A program made the translations under genes and the position numbers. A stretch of DNA of 64,000 nucleotides, from positions 40,736,001 through 40,800,000 of the forward strand of contig NC_087245.1 in NCBI RefSeq assembly GCF_037042905.1, written 5' to 3'. Below are positions 11,541 to 25,560 of the stretch, in pieces. Each line of letters begins with the position of its first letter. Position 1 is the stretch's first letter. The DNA is from Lytechinus pictus (Eukaryota). Under the pieces are notes generated by a model that saw only the letters and a list, made by a program, of their open reading frames with translations, did no database searches and was not told the DNA's origin.

Positions 11541-14232
11541 CAAAACTCGGGGACAAGTAAGGAGTGTGCTCTAGCTGAAAGAATGAATTGCAGCAAAAAT
11601 GAGAAGTTTTATATGATTATGATTATTAATATTATCATTATTATCATTATAGAGGTTGGTTCAGCATGTTCAATGAGGGTACAGGTGGTGAGGTAAGAAA
11701 GGTAAAGGAGGATGGGGATGATTTAAATTTTGCACATGAAACAAGAAAAAATGTGAAGGTGGTGCAGGTGACGTAGTAGATTGGAATGGAGAAGTAAACA
11801 AGTAAAATAAATCATATTTTGTTTTAGTCATCAAGAAACACTGAGTATCAGGAAAATATTTGAAAAAAAAAGTATGAGTGGACGATTAAATTATGGATTG
11901 GATAAAACCTCAATATTGGGGGAGGGGATGTACCATTTTGTGAACAGTGAAACAGGAGCACATCGACTAGATCGCAGCCATTTATTTCATAAGACTACAA
12001 TTTCCATGAATTTGGATGAGACGTGAGCTTAAATGGTTAGAGATGTTTTCACTCTTTTTTATAATTCTTTTTAAATAAGGATGACATTATAGATTAAGAT
12101 ATATTCATGCATAAAATGCCACGGCCATTCATTAGGAAAATAATGACAAGTCGAAAATGTTCAGTTATCAAAACCATTACAATTTCTGATCAACAAATGA
12201 AAACATTCAAGCATAATAAAAGGTTGCGGATACTTTAAACAATTGCGGATACTTTAAACAATTTCATGAAAACCACACAATACGTGTAATTAAGTTTTAC
12301 AATGACCATTCAAAGAACGTAAATTTCTTGAAGTCGGCCTGCCATCAAGAAATTATAGTTACACTTGAGCCTCAGTTACTGATGATGGACATACAACTGA
12401 AAACAGAATTGAAACATGTATCATGCAAGCTTCTGTTATTCTCCATCGTGGTTATCGATTTTCATATTTTGGGATCATAAAAGTGCAAATCCAAGTTGAA
12501 AAAGATATAAAAAGTACTAACGTGACAATCGAAAAGAGCGAATTAAGTACAGGATTTACGTTGAATGTTTACATACAAACATAGCCAAGCATCCCAACAA
12601 CTTGAGGAATCTACAGTTTCAATTCTGAACGATGCAGCGTCGCCTTTTCGTCCGTAACCAAACAGGGAGTTATGAAGGGGCAAGAAAAAATGAAAATAAT
12701 GTTCGGGATCACTGGAAGATTTTCACTCGGCATTGCTAAGGCTCAGATCTGGACCCCTCTTGGTACAAACATAATACAATATCACACGTCCTTCGTACGC
12801 CGCTTAACCCTCTCACGTTTGGCCGCTACAGATAAGAATGTTTCAAAAATGATCTTCTAACCACTTTGATAAATGATGGGTTAACGTGATTCCAAGCCTG
12901 GAATTAGAGCAGTCGTGAAGATTTATGGATAAAATATCCCGGATGTTCCAAAAAGAAAAGTGATTATAGGTTCTTGGATACATCGATAATATGGCAATGT
13001 TTGTTGATTTTCTATGTGTGGTGTTTGTGACGAAAGCACTGACGGAGTACCTCGTTTCGACACGTAGAGCACCGAGCATATCATGTTGGGTTTTAAAGAG
13101 ATCATACAATTCTACAAACTGGAAAATTGAAATTTATCATTCATCTTTTTATTGAAAAATGCGAATTTATGATTTTTTTTTAGGTACTTTACAGACCTAT
13201 TCAGTAAAATAATTTAATTCCACATCACCCTAAGAATACCAAAGAGACGTTCCTCTCGTAATGATCAGAACTGCCGTAGTGACAACCTTTCATCAGTCAT
13301 GTCAGTAGGGTATGGAAGTGGAACAGTTAATCTATTCGATCAACCTTTGGATCTTGGTTCAACAGTCCAGGCATATAATTAATCTTATCAAAGTTTACGA
13401 GTTGGGTTAGGCTGAGGGTTTTCAATAAGTTTTTAACAGAATTGCTCTCAGAATTTCAGGCGGCCATAACGTTTCAGATTTCGGAATTATAGGTGTCTAA
13501 ATACCCAATGCTAACAGAGGGTGTAAATTAAAAATTCTTTGCTTCATACCCGGAACTTCCAGAGAACTTTTCTATAAAAGGTTCTTGTTTTGACCACAAC
13601 CCCAAAAGGTTTACAGTCCATTTTGTTTTTGTTTTTTGTCTACTTCTGAATGTGGTACAAGAAGGGTTTATCCCCACCGTTACTTCCCAGAGTGAACAGT
13701 GACTGTTGTCGTTGTGTGTATGTGAAGACAATTTGACAGGATAATGAAGATCGGGGATTCCCCTTGTTGATAACATATATTGATACACTAAACAACAACA
13801 ACAAAGAAATATCCTCGGGCTCAACATAAGTCACAGAATGGTGCCAAAATACTTCTCACAAAAGCCACCTAACAATCAAACTGTGAAACCTCTATGAACA
13901 AACATGGACGATCTGAACTGCCCAAGGCATCAAACCTCATCACCTGACTTGCCTTTCTTCCCATTTGACTCACTTCATCACCACAGAACCCCCTGGAACC
14001 ACGGGTCAACAGCAAAGGTCACGACCTTTGACCCAGTATGACCGATTTATTCTCAGGAGAGTCTGGGGCTAGAGGTTTCGTACCTCCTTGGTCTGAGCAG
14101 GGAAACTCCCATAATTGTATACATATGGGACTGTTGATTTGCACTCTTATTTTTCCTTGACATAACCCTCTGACTTTCGGGATCAACTTCGATGGTCAGA
14201 TGAGATTGAAATTTGGGTCAAGGTGTGTATCT

Positions 14233-14515
14233 GGGCCCCGTCTTCCAACGAGTTGCGATTGATCAGATCAACCACAACTATGGAAACCCAGCAATGTCAG
14301 CATCTAGAGTGCATGTTTTTGTTTTAGATGTTTTCTAGATATGATCATGATGATATATAATCGTATAATCATTGTTTTCTTGGCAATTCAGTGTGCTTCC
14401 TCTTCGTTTACAAAGAATATTGTGCAAATTTCCTGTATGAAAAATTATGGAAATAAAGGATTTCCATGAAGTTGAAGTTGATTGGTTCAATCGCAACTCT
14501 TTCTAAGATGGGACC
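14233..14515. mobile_element. PIF/Harbinger-like MITE
   Basis: Ends GGGCCCCGTCTTCCAACGAGTTGCGATTGA / TCAATCGCAACTCTTTCTAAGATGGGACC; sister copy at 61069-61341. Confidence 0.65.
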
Positions 14516-14519
14516 AATA

Positions 14520-14723
14520 TATAAAAAAGAAATGTTAACTAAACATTTGAAAGGTTGGAGGAGTGACAACATTTTCTAAATGTTGCATTTACCACTTTAA
14601 ATGGTTCTACGCAACACTTAAAATGTTGGATTCAGCTTTATACAAGGTTGGATGTAACATTAGGAAAAGGTTGTCACTCCTCCAACCTTTCAAATGTTGA
14701 TTTTACATTCGAATTTTTAGAGA
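14520..14723. mobile_element. Palindromic MITE
   Basis: Perfect 29-bp inverted repeat AACATTTGAAAGGTTGGAGGAGTGACAAC (14542-14570 / 14670-14698); outer limits approximate. Confidence 0.65.
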
Positions 14724-17016
14724 GAAGGTCGTTTATTTGCTGAGCGTACCCCGTAAAGTTCAGTGGTTGTACCCGACCACTTGTTCTCTGTACCGTAGAT
14801 GTAAGCCTCCAATGAACAGGGGAGGTGAACACAGGTCCAACCTGTCTAGTCCGAAGAGGTCCAGTAATCCACGTAAAACCATGGTAATACCCACACAATT
14901 CCGTCAAGCCCTCATAGAGATGATGAGTCACTTTGGCAAGCGCGGTGGATCAGCCGATGTAGGCCACTGGGGTCAAACCGTCTGGGTATTGGATGGGAAG
15001 GCCAAAGGTCAAATTGTCTAGTCCTCGAAGAGCTGACCAGACATCCGCCACGTGCGGCTGATTTACGATCGGATAGAAACGGCCAGTCTGGGCTTTGGCC
15101 TAAGGGCGAGACTGGGGTCATGTCTGGGGGAGGGATTCACGAGGCTGTCAAGGTCAAGGACTCTCCAGGTGACCAGACGTTTATATAGGGCGCGTGGGGC
15201 TGATTTACGACCATTGGCCTGCGAACGACCAGAGCGCTAGATCTGATGGTCAATCGCTATAGAGGCTAGGGAGGGTTGCTAGGTAGAGAGTGTTTTGACG
15301 AGGTAATCAGTTGTTGGGAAACTCTTGTTTCCATATCCACCCTAACGTCATATCATCATTCTGACATTGCCAATTCTTAGTTCATTCACGATAAGTCAGT
15401 TGGTCTTGACCTCTACTGACTTTGCCTGTCGTCTTTACTGACCAACAGTGACGATCACCTGTCAGTAAAGACCAATACTTTTACCCGAGAGTGGCTCATG
15501 TGCATAGATCCCAATATTACAAAACATAAATCACGGTGTCAGTATTCTTTTTGAAACGTTATACACACTAAGTAATGCCTTTGCCATAAAGGACGAAACA
15601 AAATCCTCGTGTCCATGTATTTCTCTGCTAATTTTTTTTAAATTGTTATTGTAGGTTTAAAATGAAAGACCATCGGTACAATTCAATCTAGATTTATTGC
15701 TAATTACTGAATTGTGTAATAGAACATAAATATACAAACCATCAAAATAAACAAGAAAAACGGTCAGTTTTATGAAATACTATAATGGACAATGCAGAAA
15801 AGTACATAAACATCCGATAAAAAGATGAGAAATAACCATTTACTGCCTTCACGAAGAGTCCCATTCTTAGTCAAGAACAAAGTTTTGTGGACGCTTGCCC
15901 CTTGGCTAGCCAAATGTGATTATTTAGATATTATGAATGACCACATTCATAAATTCTAGTCTGTCACACCCCATAACAATTCTTGTCACATCCGTGAAAT
16001 TGAATTTTCACAGCTGTTACGAGCTCTTTGAAAAATGAGTGAGTTTGAGGAGGAATGAATGAGGAAAAAAAAATACGTTTTTTTTTTTTATAAAGGTATT
16101 GCTTCGATGGCATTTTTAAGAAAGATATTCCGGTGGGAAAATACTAAATGGAAGTTAGATATAAAACATATGTACATACGTGCATTTATCATATTTATTG
16201 GTTTCAATGCTACTGTGAAGCCGCCCCAGATCCTCAGTCGTTTCCATGACATTCGCTCGGGCGGCAATTGCTCCGCTGTAAATTCCATATACTAATGGAA
16301 TGACCAACTTCAACTCTTGATTCAACACTATATCCTAATCCCTAAACCATGGCCCTTATGTTAAATTGACAGGCCAAAATAAAAAGATAAAAAGAAAAGG
16401 GTTTCACTACAAAATGAAGGTCGCTTTGGTCCAAAGAAATTAGACAAGCAAAAAAAAAAAAGACTACGAATGAAGGCTGTTTTGTGCAAAGAAATTTGAC
16501 AAGCAAAAAAGGTTTCACTAAAAAATGTTGGTCATTTTCATTATATTTTTCCCATTTGCCACACCTACCAGAATTCCTGGAGGTGCTGCTTATGGAGAAT
16601 AATACACGCAGCACCCCATGGGAGAATCTAGGGGTGCTTCGATCAGCACCGGCACCCAAGCACCCCCGCTTCCCAGGGCTATGCCCTAAATCTAACATAA
16701 ACCCTATTGCAAGAATGTATGCTTATAAAAAAAATCTGCCATTTGCCGAGAATGTCACTGGACCTCTTTTTTATGTAAATGCGACGTTCTGGTTTTCCCA
16801 TAATTACCTTATAGGCCTATATATATTAATTTTTTTTAATCTGGTTAAGTCCCGGCAAACAAATTGCGATGTCATCTTCCGTAGTTTGGCTCACCTTGCT
16901 TTCATTCCGTCACACTTCCATACATGCCTAATTTCTCTATTACATTTATTTTACATCTCATGTCCAGTATTATTAGGCCTACAGAAAGTATTTATTTGTC
17001 CGTCTTTCTTAATCAA

Positions 17017-17249
17017 CACTGCAAAAACTCTGGTGTTGATGTAACACCAGCCCGGAATCTATATATGTCCACACCAGAGAAGTGTTAAACAACACCAGTT
17101 CGTTTTGGTCTATCAACAGATAGGTGTTTATACAACACCAATTAGTATTAAAACAGCATCGGTTTGATTCCAAACTGGTGTTGTTTCAATACATATCTGG
17201 TGTGGAGATTCCGGGCTGGTGTTAAATCAACACCGGAGTTTTTGCAGTG
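17017..17249. mobile_element. CACT-terminated MITE (EnSpm/CACTA-like)
   Basis: ~43-bp TIR CACTGCAAAAACTCTGGTGTTGATGTAACACCAGCCCGGAATC; 2-bp TSD AA; internal ACACCA subrepeats. Confidence 0.8.
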
Positions 17250-20073
17250 AAGGTGGTCTCATGCTGAACAATAAATCAACTTGTTGTCTTCATAAAATCG
17301 GCACCAATTAAGTAAGTAATGTGCTACAGTCTCTTCATATAGCTAAATTTATAACCTTTCTTTTATTTCATCCTCGTCACATAAAGGCTGTCGTGTGGTC
17401 CATTCGCCTTTATCCGTCAGGTTTTAGAGAGGACTTGCCAGAAAGCATGATGGCTCCGATTAATCACTTGCTTTTCGTCAGAGGTTCGGGGGTGCCCTTT
17501 GATCATGGCTCGCAGAAGTCCAGGACCAATAATGATATATACCAAATATTACACGTGACAGTTAGAAGATGGTGACAGACCAAGTTCTCTAGCTGTCACT
17601 CACACGCCACTTGTTTACCGTATCAAATCCGTTCGCACCCTGGGACATCGCAACCAATGTTATAGAACAAAAAATGGATATAATACCCCAAATCAAATAT
17701 GTTTGCAGTATTGGATATATCGCCAAGAATGCCAAAGCCCTACTCGGTTCGTATGTGGCCCGGGATGTCATTGATCAGTGATATGCTTCTCGTGCAAGGC
17801 AGTGGTCATTCTGTCATGAAGACATAACCAACGGTATCTCCATGGTATAACGATATCTAAACACATAAGAGAAAAGTATGGAAAACCAACTCCTCAATTT
17901 AGCATAGTTTGAATTTTGGGGTATTGTCATGTCATAACATATTTTAGAACGGGTGGGACTGGGTGATTCAAATTGGGTTCGAGTTTTGAACATAAGGCGG
18001 GTGCACGTAGGCAGGTGGCGTGGAGGTTATGTTTTGGGTATATTCTTTGTTTCTGCAAATATGACAGAAGCGATGAATGTAATCAGATTTGGCATGGCGA
18101 ATGACTTGGTCTATCAATCCACTCTGTATTGCTTATACCCTGTACGAAACAGTCACCCAACTGCCCAGGTCCAGATAAGTTCGTTGCTTCCCGAAACATG
18201 TTAACGGTTAAGTTCTGCTCGTGCATTTTTAAATAATATTCAGACCGTAATAAAGATCAAGTTTTTAAATCTCAAATTATTCAAATTAAAATATATATGC
18301 TACTAAATTATAATTTGTATGGTTCAGCTGGACATTCCGCTGCCGATCTGGATTTATATTATATTCATGGCAATTACCACGTCAGCTATTCATTTCGATA
18401 ATCGATCCTTATTAATGAAGCATTGCTCAAATAAAGTATATCCCTTTACATTTTTTTTTACTACTATGATGCAAGTAGGACAAACATACGCACATTATAA
18501 TTCAATTTCAATCAATTCTATTTCTCTCTTCACTTTATTTTTTTGTCAACATTCTTTTAATAAATTCCTAGTTTCACAAAGGCATTTTGGGTCAGAAACC
18601 ACACAGGCCCTGTTTGCAAAGTTCATCTATAAGTTCATGCACAGTGTTTATTTCAAATTATATATTTACATGTGTATGTCCTTAAAGTAATCTAAGTACT
18701 CTTCTGAACATGCTGAAACAACAAAGCTGTCTCATAAAGGTGAAATATAATTTTCTGATAAAGTCCCTTTTTTTTTTACTTTGGTCAGGGTGCGAATGTT
18801 CAATTCACGTCATCCATTCAGCGTTGTTTTGAAAAATGAAAAAAAAAATCGAGTAAATCGAATAATCTATGATAGACAGTTCTCACTCGCTTTTTTCACC
18901 GCGCCAACCATAATTCAAAAGTCAATTTCGAAACTCGAGCACTTCTCCTTTGTATTACTCGCACTGCGGGGGAGCACGGAGGGACCACCTTATGAATCGC
19001 TCGGGTGAGCTTCGGCTGGTTGCCCCCTCTACTCCCGGGGTGAGATGTCCTGCGGCTTCATGTAAATGTTCGACAACATGGCGTGAATTGTTGTTGACTC
19101 TCTCAAAGACCACTCCTGGCCCCAGCCCTCCCCGATAGGTCGGAGGACATCATTCATTTTATTGGAGCGTAACAACAAGTTGATCTTTTGGTTCGCTTGC
19201 ATCCCTTCAATAAACCATGTCAACAGTGTCAATAGATCACATAGCGGCCTCAAACAACCTCTTTTCTTTTTACGTTGTTTTTCACCACCACCATCCTTTT
19301 GTATCACTGATTGTTAGTACATTTTCATTATGTTTCAACAGCATTCTGATTTATTGGTATTCAATGCCGGGTTCAATGCATGATTTCAATCCAAAGTTAA
19401 GGAAGAAAGAGGGAGGAGATATTGAAAACGAGGGGGAGAGAGAGAGAGAGGGGAGAGGTGGTAGGGAGGGGTGAGGGAATGTTTGGAGGTGGAGCACACC
19501 TTCAGAAATGTTTTAGTCAACCTATACCGGGTTGGTTAACATACAGCATGAATCTACCAACTGTTGATTAAGAAAAATCTTAATTTGTTCATGTTGTTTG
19601 ACAGGTAATTTTCTTTTATAACCAACATTTGGTAGGTTCATGTTAACCAACCTTATAGTTTTCTGAGACTATACAGAGCCTATAAACTTGCCCGTACTTT
19701 CTTTAAAGGGAAAATTTACCTTTCTTTTCAGAGATTAAATGGTTCGCCCTCTTGCAAAAGTATGATATAAGAAAATTAATTATCATATTCTCGAGGAGGC
19801 AACAGACATTCAGTTTTACCCCCACAGTCGACCGTTTTTGTCGACACAAACCACATTTTGGACACTGAGTTATACCCACTCTTACAAGGCTTGAATGAGC
19901 AAGTAGAGTGTAGCGGGGAATTATATACTCTACATAATCCATGTAATCCCTGTAGAGTCACTCCTATAGGAGATTGAATTGAAATATGAAAACAGAGTGA
20001 AAATTCACTCTCCATCGACTCTTTTAGATAAATAATCTAAATCAAAAAGGAAATTCACTAAACATATACCGAT

Positions 20074-20374
20074 CATAGGCGGCGGAAGCGGTGGACGGGG
20101 GGGGGGGTCCTGTCCCCCCCTAAATTTGAGGTGGGGGGACAGCTAGTCCCCCCTAGAATTTTGGTTGATAACCTTTTTTTTTTTTTTTTGCTTGTCAATT
20201 TCGTTTCCTGCGTCCTCCCCCCTAATTCAGGTGGACCCCCTTTAACAATTTTGTGGTCCCCCTTAAAATTTTGGTTGAAAACCTTTTTTTTTTTTTGCTT
20301 GTCAAATTTTTTACCTGTGTCCATCCCAAAATTTAAGGTGGATCCCCATAATTTTTTTGCTTCCGCCGCCAATG
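20074..20374. mobile_element. hAT-like MITE
   Basis: TIR CATAGGCGGCGGAAGC / GCTTCCGCCGCCAATG; perfect 8-bp TSD ATACCGAT (20066-20073, 20375-20382); internal tandem subunit. Confidence 0.9.
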
Positions 20375-22959
20375 ATACCGATGGATCTCTGGCGTCACAA
20401 AAAGTGAGTGAAAATTGAAGAAATCATTCTCTTTCCATTAGATTAGATTTATAGTAAAAGTCAAACTTATGCAAAAGACGGAAGTCAATGAAATTAACAA
20501 AATAAGTCAAATCTAGCCAACCATCTGTTGGTCTAGTCTATTTACATGAAAAACGTATTAATCCATCAGAAGATTTTTATGTTTTATTCTTTGGACTCCT
20601 GTTTATTTCACTTTATTGAAATTCATTGGACACCTTTCAACATTCGAAGATTTACCTCTTCGTGGTATACATTTAAATTTTGCGGACTCTTTAATTTTCT
20701 GATTTATTGAATATAACATTTATCATAACCATGCGCCAATGTTGTGATTGTAACATCACACATTGACAATGATAGCCCTTCTTCGTGGGGTGTCTAACTG
20801 CTTTGAGAAATGAAGTCAAAGATGGGTCAGTCTTTTCATTCATATTATGACGTCAGCAAGACAATATTGTCTGGCTGATGAAGGTTGAGCCAGGCAGGTC
20901 TATAGTCATTATCAATAATGCATTAGTCATTATTTTACAACCGAGTTGAGATGATTCATTCGACCCTCATGAGTGGTGAGGTATTGTCAAAGATTTTGTT
21001 TATAATTCTTTCTATTATTGTTTTTACAGTTCCCACAACACAACCAATTCTCTTTTTTATTATTATATAGGCCTATTCTGAAATCAATTGAATATTCTCA
21101 AACATTTTATGTCATCCTCGATGTTCTTTTTTTTACTCAATGAAATTGTTTTATTTCTTTCCACGACCAGCATAATTCAAACATTCTAAACAAAATGAAT
21201 AAGATAGCGGTTTTAACACAAATATCATGATTAACGACATGGATTTACATTTTTCTTAAAATTTGACGTGCTTTATGAGAGTGGCAAGGTGTATTGAAAG
21301 TTGTACCAAGCCTGCAAGATCAGACAAGTCTTAAACTTTCAAGAAAGTTAAAGGTATGGGGTTGAACAATGCTACAAAATAAAACGTCCCTTTTGGGCAC
21401 AGTTCCAAGTGGGCCTACCCGAGTCGTACAAAACCTCTCTAATAAAAATTTAAGGGAACCATGACAACACTATTTGGAGGGGTGTCTGGATCCCGATAAA
21501 TTGGAAAGATTCCAAATTACTCTCTGTGATAAACATGCACTGTATTTGACACTGAGTCTTTGACGACGTCATGTCATTTAATATATGGAATTCAGCTATC
21601 AAAGAACCAATCGGAGAGAGAAAAAAAATGAAAAAGAACAAGAAATCATCGCAGCAGACATATCTTTGACAAGGGATCATTTTCTCCTTGGAGAAATATT
21701 CTACAACGTACCACTCACCTACTGAAAATAACATTACATATAGTTTCCGACAGAATAAAATGAGTAATATTACCTGAAGAATGTCTTCATTTAAAACAAA
21801 TTTCGCGAAATCAAATTGAAAAAAATAGTGGGGGAAATGTACGGAGAGACGGTTTGAAAGACTCCATTCCACTGAGCTCTTGACTACATAGCATATCGAC
21901 CAAGTTTCGATTATCATTAAACAATGGCGTAGTCGGTATAGTAAGGACAAGGGGTGCAGTCTGAAACACGATCAAAGTGTAAGCGTACAAGAAATAAAAG
22001 AAGGGATTTTGGACCCAGCCCAAAAACGAATAATATCACATGTGTACAGATTGGGGGCTGGGGGCCATGACCCCCCCCCCCCCCGCTAAAAAAATCACTA
22101 CCAAAAAAAGAGAAAGAAGTAATGGAATGAAAAGAGTGAAACGGTATAATACTTCCTGAATACTATGTCAAATAAAAAAAACACAGATTTTTGTATAAAA
22201 AAGGTCAACATTTTTGCTCGCTCGCTCGCTTCACTGTATCGTATCTTTATTTTTGTAACCAACCTTTGCTCCATCCGCCATATCTGGGAGTGGGGGCACC
22301 CATTTTTTCCCCGCTCATTACGCCACTGAATGATCATATAATCAGTCTTCGAAATAGCAAATCGAACGATATTGGTTGTCGGACTTTAAGAACATGAAGA
22401 AGGGGGAATGATCTCCCTCCCCCTCCCCTCCCCCCTCAGGAATTTGCCGTCTCATGATGTCGTCAAGCAACATGGTCATGTTGACTTTATTAGATTGTTT
22501 CTTCCCTCGGGCGGGAAATTTCAATCAAATGAGTTCAAGTGGTTATCCGAGGACTGCATCTACAGGTACAGTGAGATATGCTACACATACGTATTGCATT
22601 GGTGGGTAAAAAGTATGTGTGTGTGTGTATGGATGTGCGTGTGTGTGCGATTGTATGTGGAAGGGTATGTGCCATGTTGTGGGGAATGTGTGTGGGATGT
22701 TTAGGGTAATTTGCGCTGTATATCTCACTTTCTCCTTCAGCGCATTTTCCTTTTTATGCATCTTTTATTCTTCCCTTCACTTGTCCTCTGTTCAATCTTT
22801 TACATTATGGTGTACATTCAGTAGTCGGCCCTGTATGGAAATATAATGCGTATTGGATGCTTGATTGCTTTGCTCGCTCGCATTTCGCGACTGCTCCCTA
22901 AGTTTTTGTTAGTTCATTATGCCAACGGAGCGAAAAATATATTGTAGTTAAGAAAAAAT

Positions 22960-23419
22960 GTGACCCGCTACCCCAAAACCAACCATAAGTCGACCAAAAT
23001 TAATATTGAGTTTTTTATTGAGCTTGAAAATTCACTTCCTAAGCTTTAAAATAGTATGTTAAAATTGACCAACAATAACCATTACAAGTATACGTGTTTG
23101 AATGCAGAGGAAATTAAGCAAGAGCTTAAAGAAATAACGATAAAACAAGGTTTGAAGTCTGGGGTTCACTCAAGCATGGGATGTGCACACTGTGTAATCT
23201 CAGTGAAACTTCCAAGCAGTCAGAAAAAGTAGTGTCCAAGAAACTCGTGTATCTTTTCTTTTATTCAACTTCATTACTTCAAATTTTAACGGTATGAAGA
23301 AGAAGAATTGCTCTTTCAGATATATAAGCTGTTTTTTTTTTAATGTTTGGTTACTATTTTGGCATTATACAGAGAACCTTACCTGGCGACTCACTGGTGG
23401 TTTTGGGGTGGTAAGTCAC
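22960..23419. mobile_element. Non-autonomous TIR element
   Basis: GTGACCCGCTACCCCAAAACCAACC / GGTGGTTTTGGGGTGGTAAGTCAC imperfect TIRs; superfamily uncertain. Confidence 0.6.
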
Positions 23420-25261
23420 CTAAAGAAGAATGCTTTAAAGCAAAAAGATATGTTTTAATTTGATCGATTTGGTGATTTTAATACTTCATGTCTGGTGAAT
23501 TATTTATATCATTTCGCAGATGTTTGAAAAATCTCTAATCAATTATGAAGTCAGTGTAATAGCTTTGGACAACCCAATCTTTATTTTTTTCTTATCTTTG
23601 ATGAACGTTAACTACAACAATAGAAATTATGCATGAAAATGCCTTTTAAGAATTATTGTTTTTACAGCCAGCCTTCTGTCATAGCGGTCATTCACTTAAT
23701 GGTAACTGAACTCTTTGAGTACACACCTCAAATAAATTTACATCATTCATGCAAAACGAGGAACATTCTTACCTATTTCACATTTTACACTAAACCTGTG
23801 AAATTCTAGCACGTAAGGGGATGGACCATAAATATCAAATGCATTTAATCGTGGGAAATTATATTCAATATCGTAAATCAGGCATATTTTTTCCATTATG
23901 ATTTCATGCTTTTTGGTTTATGCCTCCTCTTGCTAAGCCGGAGTTACCAATTATTATTCACATCAGAAATAAAAAGAAAATTGCAGATTGAGAAGTATAA
24001 ATTACAGGTATGTTTAACATGTTTAATTGGGCGAAAATCAAGAAAAAGCCCCCATCGATAAACCCCCTTTAAGTTTCTTTCAGACATTTCAGTATTTCTT
24101 TTTCATGCTTAACAACACTGGTTTAAAGTAATTTGACAAAAAAAGCAAGTTTCAGTAAACCATATTTCATTGAGAAATAATATATTTTGTTTACATTGAT
24201 CATGCATTCATGTTGATACTGGTAAGAGAATAGGCCTACAAAATGGTTTATTGTTACCTGCAACATGTATACTGCCATAGGTACATGCATGACATGCGAT
24301 GTTGCTTTATACACGATAAATAAATCTATAAAGAAAAGTGAATAAATTAGAAACCTTTTTTGCAGAATGTCTAAATCCAAGAATAAATAGTTCGCTGAAA
24401 TGTTTCTTATATTTTTAAGAATTCCATATGTCTCCTTGTGAAACTCGTACTAGTTCTAAAACTCATGTACAGCCCTATGAAATCATTTCAAAGAACAAGT
24501 TTCTAAATGTATTACAAGAAATGTTTGTAATAAGGATTACTATAAGTATTCAAATTGTAAACACTTTAATGGAAAAAAAGAAATATCTGAAGCATTTTAT
24601 CAGTCAACTTCGAGGGAAAGTTAATTAGAAATACAAATTATGAATAATGAAATAATAAAAGTGGCTAAGGGCATGTCATGGGGATTAAAATCTGACATAT
24701 TCATTATGCTAAATAATACATTGTGGTTGAAATAATATGTTTACCACTACCTTACACAAAATTTAAAAATCATTGTATCTTACGTATCTCCTGATCATAT
24801 GATAGATGTATTCTGTCAGTTAAAAATTGATTTGATTTGATTCAGAAAATAAATACGTCATAACATCGCGTTAATTATTTCGTTTTAGTAACTGTAAAAG
24901 CACATATAAATACAATCAAAAGAAGATGAGTTGGTGATTATTTATTTCGTTCTTTATTACCATGGGTAATTGTAAGTTGTATATTACACTAGTCTGATAT
25001 TTATAGACGTAAGTCTAGTTTACTTTGGTAGAAACAGAGTTCGCGTCTGGTGACTCCACTCAAAATCATCTTGTCGTAGTAAAATTCGACACTTTGAGCA
25101 CCATCTTCATCATCTCATGTTTAACTCTGTCATAATCATCAATTCCTTCTCGTTCCACTCTGCCTTCTCACCGCCCACTCATCCGAACTAAAGAACTATC
25201 TTTCCAACATTGTAAATATTGGCGCCTTTGAATGTTTCTTACAGATAACCTGACAGATATT

Positions 25262-25560
25262 GATCATCATCATCATCATCATCACCATCACCATCATCAT
25301 CACCATCATTATCATCATCACCATCATTATCATCATCATCATCATCATCATCACCATCATTATCACCATCATTATCACCATCATTATCATTATCATCATC
25401 ATCATCATCATCACCATCATCATTATCATCATCATCACCATCATCATCATCACCATCATCATCCTCATCACCATCATCATAACCACCATCATCACCTCCA
25501 CCAACACCATTACCACTATCACCATCATCTTCATCCCCTCCTCCTCATCAACATCAATAG
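25262..25560 (+). repeat. (CAT/CAC/TAT)n microsatellite
   Basis: Direct reading; source of the spurious poly-His/Met/Ile ORFs. Confidence 0.95.

Noticed and set aside
11170..11596. Proline-rich ORFs
   Set aside because: Antisense translation of a GGA-rich low-complexity tract.
12224..12261. 19-bp perfect tandem duplication TTGCGGATACTTTAAACAA x2
   Set aside because: Two adjacent units with no spacer; ordinary slippage or repair duplication, not a CRISPR-like array.
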